The notes below the pieces were generated by a model. That model made no database searches. It was not told the origin of the DNA and was given only the letters and a program-made list of their open reading frames with translations. Of a stretch of 64,000 nucleotides of DNA, positions 61,781-64,000 are shown one piece after another; within the stretch, counting starts at the first letter, position 1, and each line of letters opens with the position of its first letter. The translations under genes were made by a program, and so were the position numbers. The stretch lies in assembly GCA_966250335.1 (NCBI GenBank), contig CBINGZ010000001.1:129010-193009 (forward strand). Reading direction: 5' to 3'. Origin of the DNA: an uncultured bacterium. GTDB lineage: Bacteria > Bacteroidota > Ignavibacteria > OLB7.

Positions 61781-63751
61781 TTACCTGCCGCCCGGAACCC
61801 GCCGGAAATCGACCTGGATACGGCGCTTCTGCGAAAGATCGCCGCCGGTGGCGTCATCCACGCTGCCGCTGACGGCGCGCCAGCGAATCAGCCCCTGGTC
61901 CATCATGGAGGCATAGCCGGCCTCGCCGGAGGGGGAGAGCTCACGAAGCCTTTTGTCCAGATATTGCGCCGCATAGTGGGCGCGGAGTCCGGCCAGCTTG
62001 AAATTGTCCAGCGCTTCCCCCGTCGCCACCGTCGTCTGCTTCCCCTGTGCATCGTAGAACGATGCGGACGGCTCCATGTAATTGCCGATGATCGGGCGCG
62101 GGTCGGCAAATCCGTGGACGCTCACCTCCAGGATTTCTCCCGGCGCCCGAACCTTCATGAAGGAGGGGAAATACTCCTTCGTGCACCGCTCCAGAAACTC
62201 CTCCAGCGTCTTGTTCACCGAGCGGGCCATCGTGGCATACTGCCTGTAGCCCGCGTCGGAGGTGACGTCGGCGATGTAGGTCAGCCCCTTCAGATCTCCT
62301 TCCTTCTGCCGTCCGCGCAGATCGTCCAGCAGCACCGGCGTGTTCAGCCTGTAGTAGCCGCTGACGTAGAGGGGGACGTTGATCCCCTCGATATTGAAGA
62401 CCATCGGAGGGGGAGGAGGAGGAGGCGGAAGAGGGGCGCCGAAGTTGATCGCCACGGTGATCGTGGTGTCGGGGGGAACGGCCGGGATCGCGATCCGCTT
62501 CGCGCCGGTATATCCGGGCGCGAGCCCTTCCACCAGATAGCCGATACCGGAGGCCACCGGCATCTCCGCCGGACGTCCCGGTTCCGCGGCGCGATTCCCC
62601 ACGCCGCGCCCCAGCGTCGTCTCCTTGAAGGTCACATGCCCCTCGATCTCCCGTCCGGTCACGGAGTCGCGCAGGATCACGCGAAGCGCGGAGAAACCTC
62701 CGGCAAAGATGTTCGGGGCCGATTCGTAGATGTCGAAGCCGCCGCTCCCTCCGTCGCGGTCGCTCACGAAGAAGCAGCGCTCCCTGCCGACGCCGAAGAA
62801 GAAAAGCTCGTTGGCCGATGTGTTGACCAGCGGGCCAAGGTTCTTCGGTTCCCCCCAGCGGCCGGCGGCGTCCATCTTGGAGACGTAGATGTCGGCCTCG
62901 CCGAATCCCCCGGCGCGGTCGCTCGAAAAGAAGAGCGTTTTGCCGTCCGGGGCGATGAAGGGGGAGATCTCCCTGGCCGGGCTGTTGACCGGACCCTCGA
63001 TCGGAACGGCGGGCTGGAAGGCTCCGTCGGAGCCTCGGCGTGCGATATAGAGATCCTTCAGGTCGTCGCCGTTGGAACGGTCGGCCACGAAGATGATGAA
63101 GCTTCCATCGGGAGAGATCGTCGGCTGCGACTCCATGTCGCGCGTGTTCAGCTCGCTGATCGGTCTGACGTTGGTGATCTCCGAGGCGTCGCGCGTGAGG
63201 TCGAAGAGGTAGAGGTCGGCGTCGAGCAGGTCGGCGTTGGCGGCGATATCTCTCTTGCCGCTCGCCATCACGCCGAGCGTCGGGATAGTGAGCTTCGCGA
63301 GAGCTTCGTCGTCCAGCGCGTACAACTGCGCCAGCGGATGGACCGGAGCGCTGAAGACGCCGTCATCCACATCGCTGTTCACCCCGGCTCCCGGCGCCGT
63401 GACAGGTTCACCCCACATCCCCCCCTCTCTGAGACTCCTCACGAGCTTCGCCCGTCCCGTGCGTGACGTGGTGAAGTAGAGCCACTTCCCGTTGCTGGTC
63501 AGAAACGGCGCGTAGTCATCCTCGGAGGAGTTGATCCCCTCCAGGTTCCTGATCTTGAAGTTCGCCGCCTCGGGATCGGTGTACGGCTGCGAGCGCAGGC
63601 CGGCCGCCGGGATCATGAGAACGACCGCCAGGGCGCAGCATCGCGCGGCAAGGTCGAGGATGCGGACCGGTCCCACGGCGGGCCCGCGCGCCGGAAGGGT
63701 TGCCTCTGTTGTCGGGAGGGTCGATCTATGATATCGCAGCATGATATGCAA
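61781..63751 (-). CDS. TolB-like WD40/PD40 beta-propeller protein with C-terminal OmpA-like domain
   Basis: Repeated PD40-like units (SPDGSFIIFVADRSNG, APDGKTLFFSSDRAGGFGEADIYVS, VSDRDGGSGGFDIY); poly-Pro linker; C-terminal NFKLAGLRAHYAAQYL OmpA-like. Confidence 0.65.
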   Translation of the reverse strand: MHIMLRYHRSTLPTTEATLPARGPAVGPVRILDLAARCCALAVVLMIPAAGLRSQPYTDPEAANFKIRNLEGINSSEDDYAPFLTSNGKWLYFTTSRTGRAKLVRSLREGGMWGEPVTAPGAGVNSDVDDGVFSAPVHPLAQLYALDDEALAKLTIPTLGVMASGKRDIAANADLLDADLYLFDLTRDASEITNVRPISELNTRDMESQPTISPDGSFIIFVADRSNGDDLKDLYIARRGSDGAFQPAVPIEGPVNSPAREISPFIAPDGKTLFFSSDRAGGFGEADIYVSKMDAAGRWGEPKNLGPLVNTSANELFFFGVGRERCFFVSDRDGGSGGFDIYESAPNIFAGGFSALRVILRDSVTGREIEGHVTFKETTLGRGVGNRAAEPGRPAEMPVASGIGYLVEGLAPGYTGAKRIAIPAVPPDTTITVAINFGAPLPPPPPPPPMVFNIEGINVPLYVSGYYRLNTPVLLDDLRGRQKEGDLKGLTYIADVTSDAGYRQYATMARSVNKTLEEFLERCTKEYFPSFMKVRAPGEILEVSVHGFADPRPIIGNYMEPSASFYDAQGKQTTVATGEALDNFKLAGLRAHYAAQYLDKRLRELSPSGEAGYASMMDQGLIRWRAVSGSVDDATGGDLSQKRRIQVDFRRVPGGR

Positions 63752-63770
63752 TAACGTGTCGTGGGAACGC

Positions 63771-64000
63771 TTACTCGCCGAAGTTGTAGAGGATGCTGAA
63801 GGTGCCGAGCATCCCGGTCTGCGTCATTTCGTCCGGAGAGGCGAGGGACGAGGTGAGGGGATAGCTGTAGAAGAACTCCGGATTGAAGCCCCAGCGCCCC
63901 AGACGGAAGAGGTAGCCGAGTCCTCCACGAAGGTCGAACGCAAACTGGTTGTAGGTGGGAAACGATTCCCCCCGCACAAGCAGCTGCTCCGTCTCCCCGG
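63771..64000 (-). CDS. C-terminal end of an outer-membrane beta-barrel protein (partial, continues past window)
   Basis: Alternating aromatic/hydrophilic beta-strand pattern ending ...FSILYNFGE. Confidence 0.3.
   Translation of the reverse strand, partial: GETEQLLVRGESFPTYNQFAFDLRGGLGYLFRLGRWGFNPEFFYSYPLTSSLASPDEMTQTGMLGTFSILYNFGE

Overview
This 64-kb window is high-GC (about 65–70%), densely coding bacterial chromosome. Many antisense 'shadow' ORFs in the six-frame track are GC-bias artefacts.

At least five encoded proteins end in a type IX secretion (T9SS) C-terminal sorting domain. There is also a TonB-dependent receptor, an ECF sigma/anti-sigma pair and SpoIIE/PP2C phosphatases. This suggests a high-GC member of the FCB/Bacteroidota-like group, for example Rhodothermaeota-like; that placement is an inference.

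Recognisable core genes:
- glucose-6-phosphate isomerase (pgi)
- endonuclease III (nth)
- methionine sulfoxide reductase (msrA)
- a dicarboxylate/amino-acid:cation (DAACS) symporter
- an SDR oxidoreductase
- a nitroreductase
- an M28 peptidase
- a type III polyketide synthase
- two GNAT acetyltransferases
- an adenosine-deaminase-like amidohydrolase
- AraC and YafY/WYL regulators
- VOC and DinB proteins

Regions worth a second look:
1. A sharply low-GC (about 45%) two-gene island at 13.8–15.8 kb encodes an ABC/AAA_21-type ATPase translationally coupled to a DUF4276-like small protein. It is a candidate horizontally acquired defence (OLD-like split) module.
2. An MbnP-like / MbnH-like di-heme peroxidase pair lies directly upstream of an AhpD-like protein and an ArsS-type radical SAM enzyme, with no arsM nearby.
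3. A 1365-aa secreted protein contains three near-identical ~920-bp tandem repeats.
4. Two tandem TPR–LuxR regulators share near-identical 3′ ends. An 11-bp direct-repeat array (CCCGGACAAAA, 3 copies plus 1 more) sits just downstream.
5. Two tandem PDZ–polytopic–PP2C phosphatases.
6. A T9SS cargo gene is frameshifted in an A4 run.
7. An AT-rich 600-bp intergenic island carries a 39-aa hydrophobic small ORF and two perfect hairpins.
8. A truncated Tat-signal dioxygenase-like remnant.

No rRNA, tRNA, CRISPR array, transposase or integrase was recognised. All functional calls rest on motif recognition by eye; no database search was possible.
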